The notes beneath the pieces were generated by a model. That model ran no database searches and was not told the origin of the DNA. It worked only from the letters and a program-made list of their open reading frames with translations. A stretch of DNA of 64,000 nt from Tubiluchus corallicola (Eukaryota > Animalia > Priapulida), in assembly GCA_030141605.1 (NCBI GenBank), contig JAQGDQ010000136.1:434001-498000 (forward strand). The letters are read 5' to 3'. The position numbers and the translations under genes are program-made. Position 1 is the first letter of the stretch. The number at the start of each line of letters is the position of its first letter. Shown one piece after another: positions 13,839 to 28,890 of this stretch.

Positions 13839-15817
13839 TTGAACAAGCAAGCACATTCATCATTGTAATTACACTTTGTATAACAAGTGCTTATTCAACT
13901 TTGTACTTATAACTTGTAGTTTCGAACTTACGCAAAGCCATGTACTGAAATTTCTTTAACCACTAGTACACAGTTGACATCACGTGAACCCTTTCCACAT
14001 TGCTAAACGTCATCATCGTCCACCATGCAGTCGTCCTCATTAACCCTTTCATCGCTGTTGTTTACAAACTGTGAAAGTTTGTTTTCTAAAAGGGTCTTCA
14101 CAGACAGCACGCCACCGGTCTGGGTGTTTGGTCAACTTGTTGTTACTAGGCTAAATACTCAGGAAATGGTACCGCCCGAAAAACAAATACACAATAATAC
14201 CACCACATACATTTATTTATTCTTTAAGGAAGCCAGATTTAGTCACCACTGACTCATCAATTAACCAAAGGTATAAATTCATTGCTTAAAACGCTATCAG
14301 ACCTGCACCACATTAGTTTTATTAAGTACAGACGAACATGAGAGCTTACAAGAAACTACAAGGAAGTTATCCTTTGCATGCTCCTAGGCCGCCCGGAATC
14401 CGCAAGACTTGCTAATAAAGTTTTTGATTTTCCCATAAATCACTTTGTGAGATGAGCAGTAATCTCATTTATGTCAGTCAATTGCTGACAAAAGGTTCAT
14501 GTAGTTAATGGAATTGTACAGAGAATAACCGAAAAACCACGCCAACTTTTATGTATTGCAGCGGTTTCTCAATATTCACCAGTAAACCAGTAGGCACACT
14601 ACACACCCATCTTACAATACAGAACTACACATTTGCTTGCAAAAATAATGCAACCCAGCTGTGTCAGGAAATGTATAAACTCCCTCCAACTAAAAATAAA
14701 TATTTTCCTAGTTCATTTAGCCAGCAGAATGACGTAGGTTAAGCCTAGTTAGAAAACTTTTTTCGCATACTGTTAAAAAGAAAACAGAAGTCTGTGTCAA
14801 TTTTGTGAATGTCTGCACACATCGGCACATAAGTGACATAACTGGGAGGGGGACAAACTTGAATTTGTCTTCAACGTGCGTGATACTACATATTGATACC
14901 CGCACTCAACAACTGGGTCGACTAATAAAAATGTATATGGCTGTGGCGGAACCGGAACCCGTGTGACTATCAAAGCTAAAAAGAGATGCCTAACAGGTCT
15001 TCTCTCAACGAGAAGCGCAGCATAGTAGCTAAAACTGTCGAGTCAAACCTTTCCTGACGGTCATTCATTGACACAAAAAAGCACAAAGACATCAGTGGAC
15101 ATCAGGGCCGGATTTAAATGAATGGGAGGCCCTGGGTTGGACGACGTGATCAGACCTCGCTGAAAAAGTAACACCATTAAACAAGTTGCACTGCCAAGTC
15201 GAGAAAGAAAGGAAAAAAACGAAAAAGGAGAATAATCAAGGTCATACTTGTGTTACGTAAAGACGTTGGTTAAGACAATGGCGATATGTCGCTGGCATGT
15301 CATGTACAATGCGCACACACAGGACGAAAGTAGGGCATATTCATATTTTGGAAGACAGCTATTGCGTCATGTGAATTACTCACCCTACACGGCAACTGAA
15401 GCCATTTCAGTAAAGCTTGGTAATAAGCTTGCATCACCCGAATTCCTCAAAAACCACGTTTCTATGACGAACAGTACCATAACAGCATTATTTATAATAC
15501 TGTTATGGTACTACGGCGTTTTCGTAGTCACAGTCAACTTTGGACACTTTTTTGCTGGAATTTAGAATTGTGGATTTTAAAGAAAATTATAAAGGTACTC
15601 CTGTCTATACTGCGGCAGAAAAACGAAGCTGAAAGAGTGCAACGCACATGTGCAAATCAGAATGAGTGAATCGAACAAACAGCCGATCACAACTTAAGCA
15701 ACTATCCGCCTGATTTTGTGAATAGACGAGTGATTGCGAAGAAAAGCACAACTGGATAATTTCAACTGCCGAGCGCGGATGCCCACGCATCCTCAAGTAA
15801 TTAAAACATTCTAGGAT

Positions 15818-16048
<231 letters not shown>

Positions 16049-16479
16049 ATCATAATCCGTTTGCTAAGCCATCATATTAGCAGACAAATACCGAAGACGA
16101 CAAGACCTGGATTAAGAAATGAGAAGATCAAGAAACATATTCTTTGCTAGAACAGCATCTCCATACACTTTGTGAACAAACGCATCCAATCCAATTTGAT
16201 AAGTGAATTAGCCTGGTAGCCCTCCTACAACACACAAACACAGATTCTTTAGCATAAACAAGCGCAGCCCTTATAAACTACTTAGCAGTCAAGAAATCGG
16301 AAGCTGGTCTGCATTGCAGTTAAGGTGTTCAGGAAACGGGCCACTCATAGCTGCCTTTCCGAATGCCTCAAGTGAGAATTCCAGATTTCCATATGATTCA
16401 TTGTCAGCAGGGGATGTTGAAATTTAGAAGAACAGAATTTATCCACAAAGCAACTGATAACAAACGGTTTAAAGACACG

Positions 16480-16488
16480 ATGATGATG

Positions 16489-16550
<62 letters not shown>

Positions 16551-16625
16551 AAGAAGAATAGTAACGATGATGACGACAATTACAGCGACAAACAACAACA
16601 ACAACAACAACAACAACTATAATAA
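16480..16625. repeat. Compound trinucleotide microsatellite (GAT)n(AAT)n(AAG)n...(AAC)n
   Basis: Read directly from the sequence; explains the poly-I/R/N and poly-L ORFs. Confidence 0.95.
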
Positions 16626-19600
16626 TATAAAAGTATGCGAGTTTACAACATCAATTTAACACTTTGTATTCGATGTCCGGCAATGAATTTGTCTCAACTG
16701 TATATCCATGATTCGAAATGAAACATAAACGTTAATCACGATCAGAGTCTTTTTAGGCCCCAGAGCATAAAATGTAGCTTGCTCACAGGAAAGGTGACAG
16801 TACATAATAAATTTAGAAACAATGCCAATACTAACACCATACTAATTTAATTTACAAGGTAGTACAGTACTGACAATTAGTAATAAGAGTATGGTACTAA
16901 CAATTAGTAATAAGCGTAATCAGTGCAAACACCTAGCAAGTATAATTATTTTTTTTAGGTTCCTGCATTGCATCAATGCAAAGTCAGAAAAAAACGAAAA
17001 GGAAAGAACAATTATGACCATAGTGCAGTTTTTAAGCTTCAAAGAGATTTTTTTTAAAAATATAGGCTTCGACGAGCTACTGTTTCATGATGCTCAAAAT
17101 TTATCACAAAATGCATTACGCGTCAATTACACGACATCATTAATTGGACGTAAAACTTTTAAATACATACATGGTGATGGCCCAAACCGATCTTCTTTAG
17201 CATGCTCATCCCGTCACAAATCCTAGTGAAACTACATCAAAACACCATGAGGCACAACAAAATGTGGCAATTACTTGATTGGAGGACACGGTAAGCCAAC
17301 GGAGGTCGTCTTCTGAGGGAGAAATGACGTAGGAACTAAGTGGTTTCAAGCACGGACTATATGGCTGGAGTGAAGTTGCACAGACGCACCGTTAGCTCCA
17401 CAAGAGTGGGGCAACGCAATAGTTGGAAATGTCGTGGCTGTTAGATCGTATCCCCCAATAAGCGAATGTGCTATGGTTCTATGGAAGCTTTGTATAATTT
17501 AGCAGTAGTAAAGCTAACAAAATCGTCCCAGTCGTCACTTTATTAAAAATTGGCACAACGAATTTTATCTTCCTGTTATTGTTACCAACAAAGGTTTTTT
17601 CTCATCAAAAACAGCCTGAACGGTAGAAAACAGTTCAGTGTTATCAAGTGATATAGAAACTAAGGATTCAGTCTCACTTAAGAATATATTATATGTATAG
17701 ATGTATAGTGTGTAAGGATACAAATGTAGTGTTATCCGTTAGCAAAAAGGATGAAGCTTGAAACGCTGCTATATATAAATTTGTATGACCATTATGATAA
17801 TTATTCGAGGAAATCGAAACAAAAGTAATGTTAGCAAACAGGAAAACAGGAGAAACAGTGAGTCACTTCTGAAAATACACATGGTGTCGTAAAATGAACG
17901 AGACTCTCAATTATGTAATAATTATGAACACTGACGAGCGTCCAATTGGAGCTTTAAAATTCTAGGAGCAACATGGGATGTAATCAACCATCGACCACGG
18001 TGATGCGGAATACTGTCGGTAGGACCGCGGTAAAAATAACCTCGCTAAGTTTCGGGTTGCAGCGGGCCCCAGACCACAAACAGATGCTGCAGTAAACTAG
18101 GGAGGATCCCGTTTCCTTATCGGGCACAAGTAAACACGGGCTCCTGAAGTTTATTGCCGGTCAGCGGTCTAATCTCTTATTTAAGTGTCCATCCACAGCA
18201 GCTGAAGTACGAACAGAAATATGACAAGACAAACTGCCTTGTATTAGTGTGAGATGAAGAGCACTGAATGTTGCATACAGTAGGTTGTAATTATACCGAA
18301 CGGAATCGGAATAACAGCAGCTGTTGGAAATTGAAACATTAGTTGTCAGAAACTGCCGGAACCGGGAAAAATTACCGCAAAAGTTCCCGGTAGCTATGTT
18401 TTACGAAAAGGTGCAGTATAGTAACGCGACATTAACACTATTATTGTTTGTTTGACACCTGTTCCAATATTTTCATGTGAATTAATTAGTTGCAATTTCG
18501 CAAGCTCCATCTCACTCTGAATATGTTACGTAACAGGCGCCTGTTCTGCTGGTCTTGCCATACTGTAGGAAATCTATATAGAGACAAAAACGTTAGCCTG
18601 CATATATTATTATAAAAACGGAAAAAAAGAAAACATGTAAGGAGAGGACTTGTACGAGAATATTATACAAGGAAAACAAAAAAGTATGCAAAACTAACTA
18701 GGAATTTGCACTGACTTAAAGAAAAAGTTAAGCCTTCAGGAAAGTTTGGCTTATTTCACTATTCGTGAAAAATGAAAGAAGGATTTAGTAATAAAGGTGT
18801 GATAAGCGCCTCGTTTAAGTAGTAAAATTACTTTAAAGTCGCAACCATTTCAAACCTGCATGGACACTCCCATTTTGAAAGTCACTTTTCGGCCAATGAC
18901 TGGAGAAAAGCAGCGCACAGTCAATTTGTGCAAAAGGCATAGAAGTTTTTACAAAAAATTAGGCAGCTAATTTTGTGATGTTTCTGGGTAAGGTACAGGA
19001 ATCTGAAATTTTTAACCGGCGCGCGCTTCCGGAATACCACGATGTGCTTACGAAAGGCGCGAAGCCACCAGTTACGTCATAATTTTCAAGTGAATGGTGG
19101 CAACCACCGCGACTGTAGTACAAATTAACATTTATGTTCAATAGACAGTTTTTTGCCAATTTCTTTGTTACGTTTTCAATAAGTTTAAGTGGTATCTAAG
19201 TGAGTAAAATAAATCTAACATGCTAAGTGAATAATTGCTCCTGAATAACTCTTTCTCTACAGCAATCTGCTACCATAAATTCTAGCAAGTTTTCTATTAA
19301 AATAATTTATGCAGCTAAGGAATGAACTCCAGACACGCGGTGACTTTACTAGTGCTTCCATCGCGCGATTAGAAAGAACACTAAAGCCACCTATAATAAA
19401 CCATGGAGCATTTTGTGGAAAACACGCGAAGTTCTTACCAGACTACTACATGTGCTGCATACACGTGAAAATTATGCAATACGGTGTATACGGCACGCTA
19501 TACATTGCACGGGAAAGCATAAAAATTAAAAGTAGAGCTTTTTAAAAATCACTATACACACGCCCGTATATATGCACGTATATAAATTTATTAAAAATTA

Positions 19601-20792
19601 GCATTGCGAATTTATCTCTTTGTTACTGTTTCTTTTCATGTGTCATGGTATTCTTTTATTACAGATATAATACAGATATTGGCGTGAGGAATATGAACGC
19701 TGCGCCCCTGTTTCGGGAATTCAGTTATACATAAGCGAAGCCAGTTTTTTTCAAGTCCCGTGTTTAGCTCCGTTCGGTTCAGGTCTTCGTTGCTTCCACT
19801 AAAATGGCTGTGACTTTTTTCTCAACTAAATAGAAATTTATGTTTCTTTAACTTTAATTTGTCGATTTCAAGTTTATTCTGCACCAGATATATTTTATGA
19901 GCTTTTCGAAGTGTGATTCTAAATAATTGAAATACCAAGGGATAACATAACATAAATATGATATAAAGCAAATGACGCCGCCTATAGTAAAGAAAGTGGT
20001 GAACAAATCGTTTATATATTAGTGGTATTTAAACAAAAAGCAGCTCAAATGAATTTTGAGGAAATTCTAATTCTAGAGAGGTTGTAGTAGCAAGTGAAGC
20101 ATCAATGACTCTCAGCCATTGATCTGCACGTGAAATCACGCCAATATTTGGCGATAGTTGAAAACAAATAAACGAGTGATAGTGATACAGCAGGCGATGA
20201 TCAATACTACAACTACGTTAAACATTCCACCAGTCTAGCATGCCAAGCTAGGCTAGCTCGGTTCCTTACAGGGTTCGATGCGTCTGTTACGCTGGAATTC
20301 ATTCGCTCCATATTAATACATAATTATTATCCCCATTTTTAGAATTATTAGAACCTTTTTTCAGCAGATGTGGACAACAGCAATACGAGTAAATGGAAAG
20401 ATTTCCGCTTATCACAACAGATGTTGTAATGTGGCTTCTTTCATTGAAGCCTCGTATTGTGTGATTCTTTCCTTTGCTGCAAGGAAATTGAACTGGCGCT
20501 AAACATCTTTTTTGCATGTTCTAGATCAGTTGTTAATTTTAAGTGTGAGTTTAGCTTGAAAGTATGCCGATATTGAAAACAAAAAACTCTAATATTAGAA
20601 AACGGTTTTTCTTGATCATACAGTCTAGATTATCTACACATAATCTTCCATATAACGCTAATACATACTGCCAACACTAACAGATCGGGAAATCTTTTTT
20701 GCAAAATATTCATTAAATTTTATGTTTCTAGTTTATTTAGCCAATCAGTTTCTTTGCTCGTCGTGCTACTTCAAATGTTGCATCGATTAGGG

Positions 20793-21295
20793 CATGGATT
20801 CCCATCCTTGGGGTCGCGACCTTAGTTGGGGTCTTGAAGCACTTTTCGTGGAGTCGCTTGCTAGTCCAAAAACTAATTTAAAAAAATGCTGTTTTCAAAA
20901 AAAGTACGTAAGTAGGTTTTGTTTCCTCAGTCTCTTATTACATCATTTTGTTATGGAAAGTTAAACTGGGTCTTCCTGTTCTAAATGCAATATACCAGTG
21001 CTTGATTTTCAGGAAAAATGAAAATACACATTGTTCTATGCTTTACACAGTGTACAGTGTACACCAACCGAAAGCGTGACGCTACTCATTTTACGTCGGA
21101 TCTTCTTGGGGATACCTGTTGCATTGCAAAACTGAGAAACAGGCGCAGCAACCATCACGTGAATGAATTAATGAAACAATCACTCATTGTTAAATAATTT
21201 GTTGAATAGTAAGTTAAAATTAATAAATGCGAGCGATATGATGCAGGGTTCTGGAAAGGGTCACCGTCAACAAAAGGTTGGGTTGGGAACCATTG
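20793..21295 (+). mobile_element. Non-autonomous hAT (Charlie/Buster-like) DNA transposon
   Basis: Perfect 8-bp TSD GATTAGGG (20785-20792 and 21296-21303). Degenerate TIRs CATGGATTCCCATCC / GGTTGGGAACCATTG, with subterminal GGGGTCGCGACC. Confidence 0.8.
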
Positions 21296-23116
21296 GATTA
21301 GGGATTTTAACATTGCATATTCTAATAAATATAACGTGGCTACAGGTGATTTTATTAAGAAACGCGAAGCTATTAATACAGTTACTTTGAGCAAACTAGT
21401 GCTGAGTGAAAACAATAATCTAATCAAAGAATTTGTACTGGAGATTTTAAAATGTTTTCCTTTATGAACAATACTGAGTTCAATACTATGCTTAGGCACA
21501 TCGTCTCCATGTAACTTTTTATATTAATGTTGTATCATAATTAAGTCAGTTTATAAATCGTCATTTTTACTAACCTGTATTTACTTATTTATTTTTTGTG
21601 ATGTACTAACCTTCTTTATATGGTGATCTCCTTTATGTATATATCATGTTGATCGAAAATAACATGATAATACAGTAATAATAACAATATAAATGGAAGA
21701 TGTGCAAGAATTGCATATATTCCGACCACTGGTTATTATCGTATAATTGGTTATAATCTAAATCATTATTATTATTATTCAAGAGAAAGTACGCACTCTA
21801 GAAGATGAAGATAAGTCTGATAAAGTGAGAAATTTTGTAGTAATTACGCATATTTAATTCTTACCTGTAAATACCTGTTTATACCTATGATGTATCAGGC
21901 AAATTTATCAGCTTTTTGCCCATAGTTTTCTCCATTTTAGTACTAACTGGTTGTATGTGCAAATAAAAAAAGTTATCTCTAGTTTGTTAACTTAATGACA
22001 AGAATAATGACTGACAACTAATGAAAAAATCCCACAATTAAGAAACAACAACAGAAACACATTTCAAAATGCAGATGTGGCTTCAAACTTCAATTTTTTT
22101 AAAATTAAGTTTAATTCTAACAGTATTGATAGTAAATTTTACAAATAAATCTATGAACTTAATGTCATATGGGCTTTCTTCAAAGTGTCAGTAATGCTGA
22201 CTTCACTAATATAGTCTCCGTGTTGTGTTATATTACATGGACCTCAAATTCAGTTTATTTCACCAGCAAGCTATAATATCTCTTACTATAAGAGGAAACC
22301 TCTTACTACAATATAATCTTTAAGCAGTTCCTTGCATTGTTTTCTTCTGATTACTCACCACATAGTTTTACTTTTTCTGTGTTGCCTTCACTACCCCTGG
22401 GTCTCTTTATAATACCTGCTGCCCAATCAGTTTGACAACTTTTTCTTCTATGTAAGTTATGAGTCCCTGCTAGATATCTTATTACTGCTGCATATCTTAG
22501 TTACTTTTGCATTTCTGTAGTCAATGATTTCCAAATACGTGCAAACAACAGGTCACAATTGACATTATCACATACTTACATAGGATATAGATTAACAGAA
22601 GTGTATAAAAACAAAATAGTTAAACTTATAGGCCTATATCAGTTTATACACAGATTTGTCTTCAACATAACATGTAGTAATTCCAATATACAGTATATAA
22701 ATGCAAAGCCAAATTGTAATAGAATTTACTAAATAAATCATGAGTCTAACAAGACACAAGTCAAAAATTCTTTTTGCTTTCAAATATACTTCTATGTTTT
22801 CTTTTGGAAACACATCTATAACCTTATCAGTACATTGATGAGCAAGTACTTAAAAAGTACATAAAGATCTTACATTATTTTAGTTAACTAAATTTGACTA
22901 CGTACTATTATTAACTTTAAAATTAAAACAAGTGGTGATACAGTACAGAAACATTTTAATAGCAACCAGTAAAAAGAGGTGGTGCAATATACAAGTAATT
23001 TTTTAATATTGAAATCTTAAATTTTGAAATTTAAAGCAGAATCAGCTTTTGCCCTGGAATGTACAACTCCTTTGCACTGTCACCCCCCCCCCCCCTCAAA
23101 GTTATGTCTCGTAAGC

Positions 23117-23952
23117 CTATGGTTTTATCCTTCTGCCTTTTTCTCTTGTAGTTTTTTTATTTGCTGGGCTTCTTTGTTTTTTCTTTGCGATTGTGGCTTC
23201 TTTCATTGAGTCCTTTAAGAGCAGTGTGGCTCCTACCTTTAAAGCAATGGAATGGGACCAAAGAGGCTAAACATTATCCTTGCTTTTGCTAGATCAATTC
23301 TAAGTACACCTAAGCTGATCTTGAAATTATGCCTACTCCTGCACAGTGAGAATGAAGACATACAAAAAACTGTAGATATTCGAAAAAGATGGCTTTTCTT
23401 GGCTTACAGTCTAGAGTGTGAACGGAAGCTGTGCAGTGTGCACATCCTTTCCAAACACTTATTTCTAGAACTATCGCTTAATTTAGACTAGGCGAATCTA
23501 CTTGCTTTAATCAATAAATTATATTACTTTATTTTGTTCACCAATAATTGTTATGAAATTATCGAGACCGTCTTCACACAACTTCTAAAATTTCACAAAT
23601 ACGATGCTGTAATTGCACGACAAGACAGTGGCCAAACTGCATAAAACTGATTACGTAGAAGAAATATAAAAAACACAGCATTTGCTTACAATTGCACTTT
23701 ACCTTAAATAACTCAAAAATTCAAATGGTTACAATGGGTAGGTGTGTGTTGTACTAGTTGGCAGTTGTTTAACTTATAACGTCTTTTGACTGAATGGGTT
23801 TGTCTCGCGTAGTGAGTTCTTTTACAATGGGAGTTGGCAGTTGTTTAACTTATAATAACTATCATTCAAAGTAAGTAAGGAATAATAAAACTTACCAAAG
23901 GTTGTGGTTTATGAGTAATCGTCTGACCAGGCATCTGCTGGGTGGCCGCCAT
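23117..23952 (-). CDS. Candidate small basic protein (58 aa) in two exons, or a spliced non-coding transcript
   Basis: Exon 23952-23896 (MAATQQMPGQTITHKPQPL) has a strong Kozak context aacATGG and a GTAAGT donor. It is phase-compatible with 23236-23117 (VGATLLLKDSMKEATIAKKKQRSPANKKTTREKGRRIKP*). Other acceptors are possible. Confidence 0.25.
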
Positions 23953-23964
23953 GTTCTATGCTCT

Positions 23965-23979
23965 GTTACCCTAGGCAAC
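23965..23979. promoter_or_regulatory. RFX X-box at a putative promoter
   Basis: GTTACC-CTA-GGCAAC fits GTNRCC(N0-3)RGYAAC exactly. Confidence 0.5.
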
Positions 23980-26900
23980 CAGTCAATATCTGGATGTGCA
24001 GCAGCAACAGAGTGAGGAAGAAGTTAATTTGTAAGTTTAATAAACGCTGAGTACATCTACATGCTGCAACTAAAGAGACCAGATATCAACAAACAGAAAA
24101 GATTCGTGAACATCGAAGGCACAAAACCAGGTGTTGGCAGAGATAGATAGACAACTATGTGCAATCAAAACGTAATGCTTATTCTGAGATAAATGGGCGA
24201 TGAAATTTTTCCTGACTACCTTAAAAACACGCGATACATTTCACCTTAAACGACTTGTCTGGAGCTCGTTAGCATTAGGAGAGTGTTAATTCCAAATTTA
24301 CACAAACGTAGTATAATGCTCATTAATGCACCTAGAAGAGTTAATTCGAGTGATTGTCTTCAGTATTAAACTAGCGCCATCTACTATCGAAACTTCCAAA
24401 CACCGTGATTGCGAATCGTGATTCTGATGATTCTGTCCATATTAACCATTCAAACACCTAAAGCCAATTAGAACCACTCCTTAGGTCACTTTCAATTGTG
24501 GCAGCACATATAATACTTGCGTTGCGAGCAACTAAAATTGACTCACATATACATGAGAACGACTCAACGCGTATATTATAGGTTAACATCCGAGTATACA
24601 AATAAGCTTAATCATTAATAATTATTAAGAACTTTAATAGAATGTGGGCTCAAGTCACCTACAAGTGTATTTACATTGGTTTGCACTTCTTAACTTACTA
24701 AATTATCACAAAAATGACGCATTATTGTATGAGCGGCTCATACGCAATATTCGCCATACCAATCTGATTTGTTAACGACTAATGTATGGCTCTCTAGCTA
24801 ATTAATTGAGAGATTTGTGGTCGATATTACTGATAGCCTGATAATAAGCTTGGTTACCGTGAGCTCAAATCAAGAGTATTGATTAAACGCATTCAACCAA
24901 CTCTAACCCGCGAAGAAAATGATTGAAATCGACCGAGTAAGTTAACTCAGACAAAAAAAACACGAGCAAAATCTTTTCACCTGTACGTGCAGCCTATAGT
25001 GTTATAGCCTACAGCATTATTTGCAATGACTGTAGCTATAAAACAATCAGTATAGCAATCACAAAGTATGAGTAAATTAGGTATTTACTATTTAGGCTAA
25101 GAGATACAGTAAACAAACTGATTATTAAAATTACATGGGTAATTTATATTAACAACATTATATTAATATATTATATTAGATAATTATATTAACATTTTTA
25201 TTTTGTATATTCTCAAAGCAGGACATCGTATATCAGTAGTACGCAGCATTATTTGAGCACAATATATGTATCATATTTTCGCAAGATCTCTATATATTTT
25301 TATATACACACTATAGAAATTCTTCGGGAGGGGGGGGGGGGGCAATTCAGAAATATAAATCTAACTTGAGATTCCACATTTTAGTTGCCAGAAAGCCCCC
25401 AAACTTCTAAAATGTAGGAAATTTCTGGGCATCTTTGGTGTATCCGACCGTACAGACGTTTCCCCTTAGGCCCACCCATAATTAAACGAATTGATCCCAC
25501 TCGTGGTTCTCAAACAACTCGCCTATGTGCGCTGTAGCCTGTAATCCTGTTAATGAGTTTAGGACTGAACTTGTTCCATAACTTCCCTTTAACGCACTAA
25601 AACATTACTTGAAGTGAATGAACATAAAAGCAAAAGAGCCAAGTTTATTATATCGTAAGATCCCAAATATTCAACTTTAGCATCTGTTTTAATTTACAGA
25701 GAAATTTTGCATCACATTAAGAAGACGTTGGTTTAGTAAAATTAAATTATACATGACGAAATAACATGTATTAAACTATATTCTGTAGAAGGTAGTCTAA
25801 AACTTCTCGAAGCCGTCGAGAAAATCTTCCCACCATCTCTAAAATAGAAGCCGGCTTACAAGTTGAAAGTAAGCTGCCATGTACCTGCCGCCATCTATTG
25901 GACAGAATAGTACAATTTACTAAAGAGATGGGGTTGGTAATAATTTATAAACAGATAGAAATTGTTTATTGTTCATAAAACTAGAAGCATTTTAATGGAG
26001 ATAAACAGTGGTAGATTCTAATCAAATTCTATTGTTTGTACTTGAAAATGTAACTCTTATGAAGTGATCTGCAAGTTACGTCAGCGTGTAGGCCTACATA
26101 GCCTTTCAGAACTATGTTATTGGCCTGCTGTATTTTGGTTCATATCGGTTCATAGCCTTTTATCCACAGCCTTTTAGGACCATGTTATCAAAACAAACCT
26201 TGGATGCCTCCGACAAAGGCCATAAAGAACACCGTTTAAAGTCAAGTTCAAATATCAAGTGAGTGTTTTCCATGCGGTGACTGGTGGCGCTTCAGTAGTT
26301 CTAAATCAATCAACTTAGTCCAGCTCAAATCAACCAATTTCTCTTCCCCCCCCCCCATTCAGTTAACTCTGAACAAACACAAAGTCATCATTCAACGCCA
26401 ATTACTAAAATAACAAGCGAATTTCCCCTAATGAATTACCTAGAGTGGAACAGATATTGCCACAAAGCGATGTGAATTGAAGCCATGCATTAACCAAATA
26501 GCTTTGATAATAAACGCCTCAAACTATAACAATAATTGAGTGGCGCATCCGTGAATTTGCATAACTACCCTCATTACATTTAAATTTTTCAAAGCAGAAC
26601 AAAATTAACCCGTATAGTTATAATTTAATTAACTAGGTGGTAGGGCCAAGCCTGTCTTTAAAAATAAACTCGCAATATTAAACAATGCTGCGCAATATAC
26701 AGTTTGGACCAGAAACTATGTATAACGCCATCATTTAGGACTATTGATTCGCTTTTATGATAACGTTGTTAGTTCAACATCTCGTCAATATGCTGCAAAA
26801 GTTCAGCTAATGTCACGGTAACGCGCACTAATAGTCAAATACATAATTTATAACAACGCAGGATACATGGTGATCTGCAGAAGTCAGCGAAAGCGTAGAA

Positions 26901-28379
26901 ATTTTCACATGCGAATGTCTCCTCACAAGAGGTTAGTCAGCTTCAGGTTACAAAGCTTAGGAAGACGCCCCTTCGCACCCGATTCCTAAAGTGTTGACAT
27001 GTACCAGTAGACCCACGGGATAGGATCATATGTTGTTTAGACAAACAAACACAAACTGTTGTTGAATCACTACCCAGATGATTCCGAAATATGTTGAGAG
27101 CTTATGTATTCATAGGAAATTAAAGTTTACCCTGACAGATTTTGATACAGTTATATAATACTTGTAAATTAAAAGATTGCCTTATTAATATTGATCGGCT
27201 AACCTGTATCTGTGCATATGCGTTACTGAGGTATTATAAAACCGTAGTTTATCATAACAAACGTTCATAACCGCAGACGTATATTTCTACGAGACTACGA
27301 TATCACTGTTTTGTGAGCCAGTTGTTATGTTATTACATAGAAAACACATTTATAAAAAAATTTCTCTTATATGCTAAACTGATGTAGGGCATATGTACTG
27401 GCCAGGCCGCAATAACGAAGCATAAATAGTTTCGTAGCAGTTCAATATTAACACACCATAAACAAATTTCTTATATTACACCGCTAGTTGTACATGCAGG
27501 TTAAGAAGGCGGGAGATAATGAAGTGCACCAATCTCTTCACACCTTCACGTATATCAGCGAAATTAAACATGCTACTATTGCGAATGCAATTGTTGGGTA
27601 GGCGCTATCAAGTTTATCCAATAATCCTCATTCCGGCAGGTTACGCCACAACACTGAATAATAAAATTCATAGGCAGCAAAATTAATACAGTGAACTAGC
27701 CAGCCCTGCAAAAACATTTGCGCATAAACCCACAATGACAAACCACCCACATCAGATTACCCATACCATTCCACCCATACTACACCGTCCACACCACGTC
27801 ACACCACTCACACCATGCCATAACTTTAAATTTTTTAAAACGTTTGCAGTGTTGCCTATTTACAGGAAAAAAAGAAGCTACGAATGTCTATGCCACTTTC
27901 ATGTAGACATTGCAAAACGAAGTCTAACGAAGTCCCCTAGTGAACCGCTATGCCCTCTTCAGGTAACAAACAAGCATCAAGTTCCCCACGGAGCAACAAC
28001 AAGCAAATGCACTTAATTCCATACAAACCCACATAACTTCTTTATACTTGCAACTCAAAGAAATCGCTAAAATAGACAGCCAACGATTTGAAAGGTAAGG
28101 AAATGGAGAAATGTGATCAATAGTTAGAGGCTGACGTGAATAAGCTACAAATAAAAGGTTGCGTGGTGAAAGAGTTAAATGGGAAGTGGAATGAAGGATG
28201 TTGATTGTTGAGAATTTAAACGAAGATCGTGTGAACGTCAAATAAAAATGAAGTATTCAAAACACAGGAACATACACTTTCGCAGAAATTTGACTTTCAC
28301 TACAGGGCCGCTTCCATGCATTTTTACGCTAATCGTCTCAAACAAGGTCTTAGCTATTCAAGTTTAGAACATATAATAA

Positions 28380-28890
28380 AAAGGTCATGATGTTCTTCTT
28401 CAAACGAGTGCGATTGTAATTTTCAGAGAATCAACTTTTTGGTAGAGAATTCCATAGACAAGAAGCACGAGAGAAAAAACTGGATTTATAAAAAGGAATA
28501 CTACACAAATTATATCGGTATTCAGAGCTAGGGAGAAAATGTAGAGCACAGAAGCAACAGTAAAAGAAACTTGATGTAGCAACCTTTAAGCAAAGGACTG
28601 TAGAGTTTCCAAATCAGACCAACCAGATTACAATACACTTTTGTAATCTGTCAAGTCGTTTGAGGTAACAAACTAAGGTTACCAGATGTGACTGCAGTAC
28701 TGCTTACAAGGTCGAATGCTCGCTTTCTAAAACAGAGTAAAGCTTTAGGAGTTAGATAATTACGAACACGATATCGTGCATCAATATTTTTTTCGATAAG
28801 CTTTAGCCGCTTGTGTAAGATATTTCTGCCACCTGCGAACGGAAATCCCTAACTGTGCATTTCAGTTAAGATGAGGACTTTGGAAACCAA
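28380..28890 (-). mobile_element. Degenerate CR1/L2-group LINE, 3' fragment
   Basis: Minus strand gives YKSSFFSRASCLWNSLPKS*FSENYN, which matches the SFFxRxxxLWNSLP motif. Broken post-RT segments lie upstream. Confidence 0.65.

Noticed and set aside
23125-23215. In-frame TGA before KKPQSQRKNKEAQQIKKLQEKKAEG as a possible selenocysteine
   Set aside because: The frame is incompatible with the upstream exon phase and no SECIS was seen.
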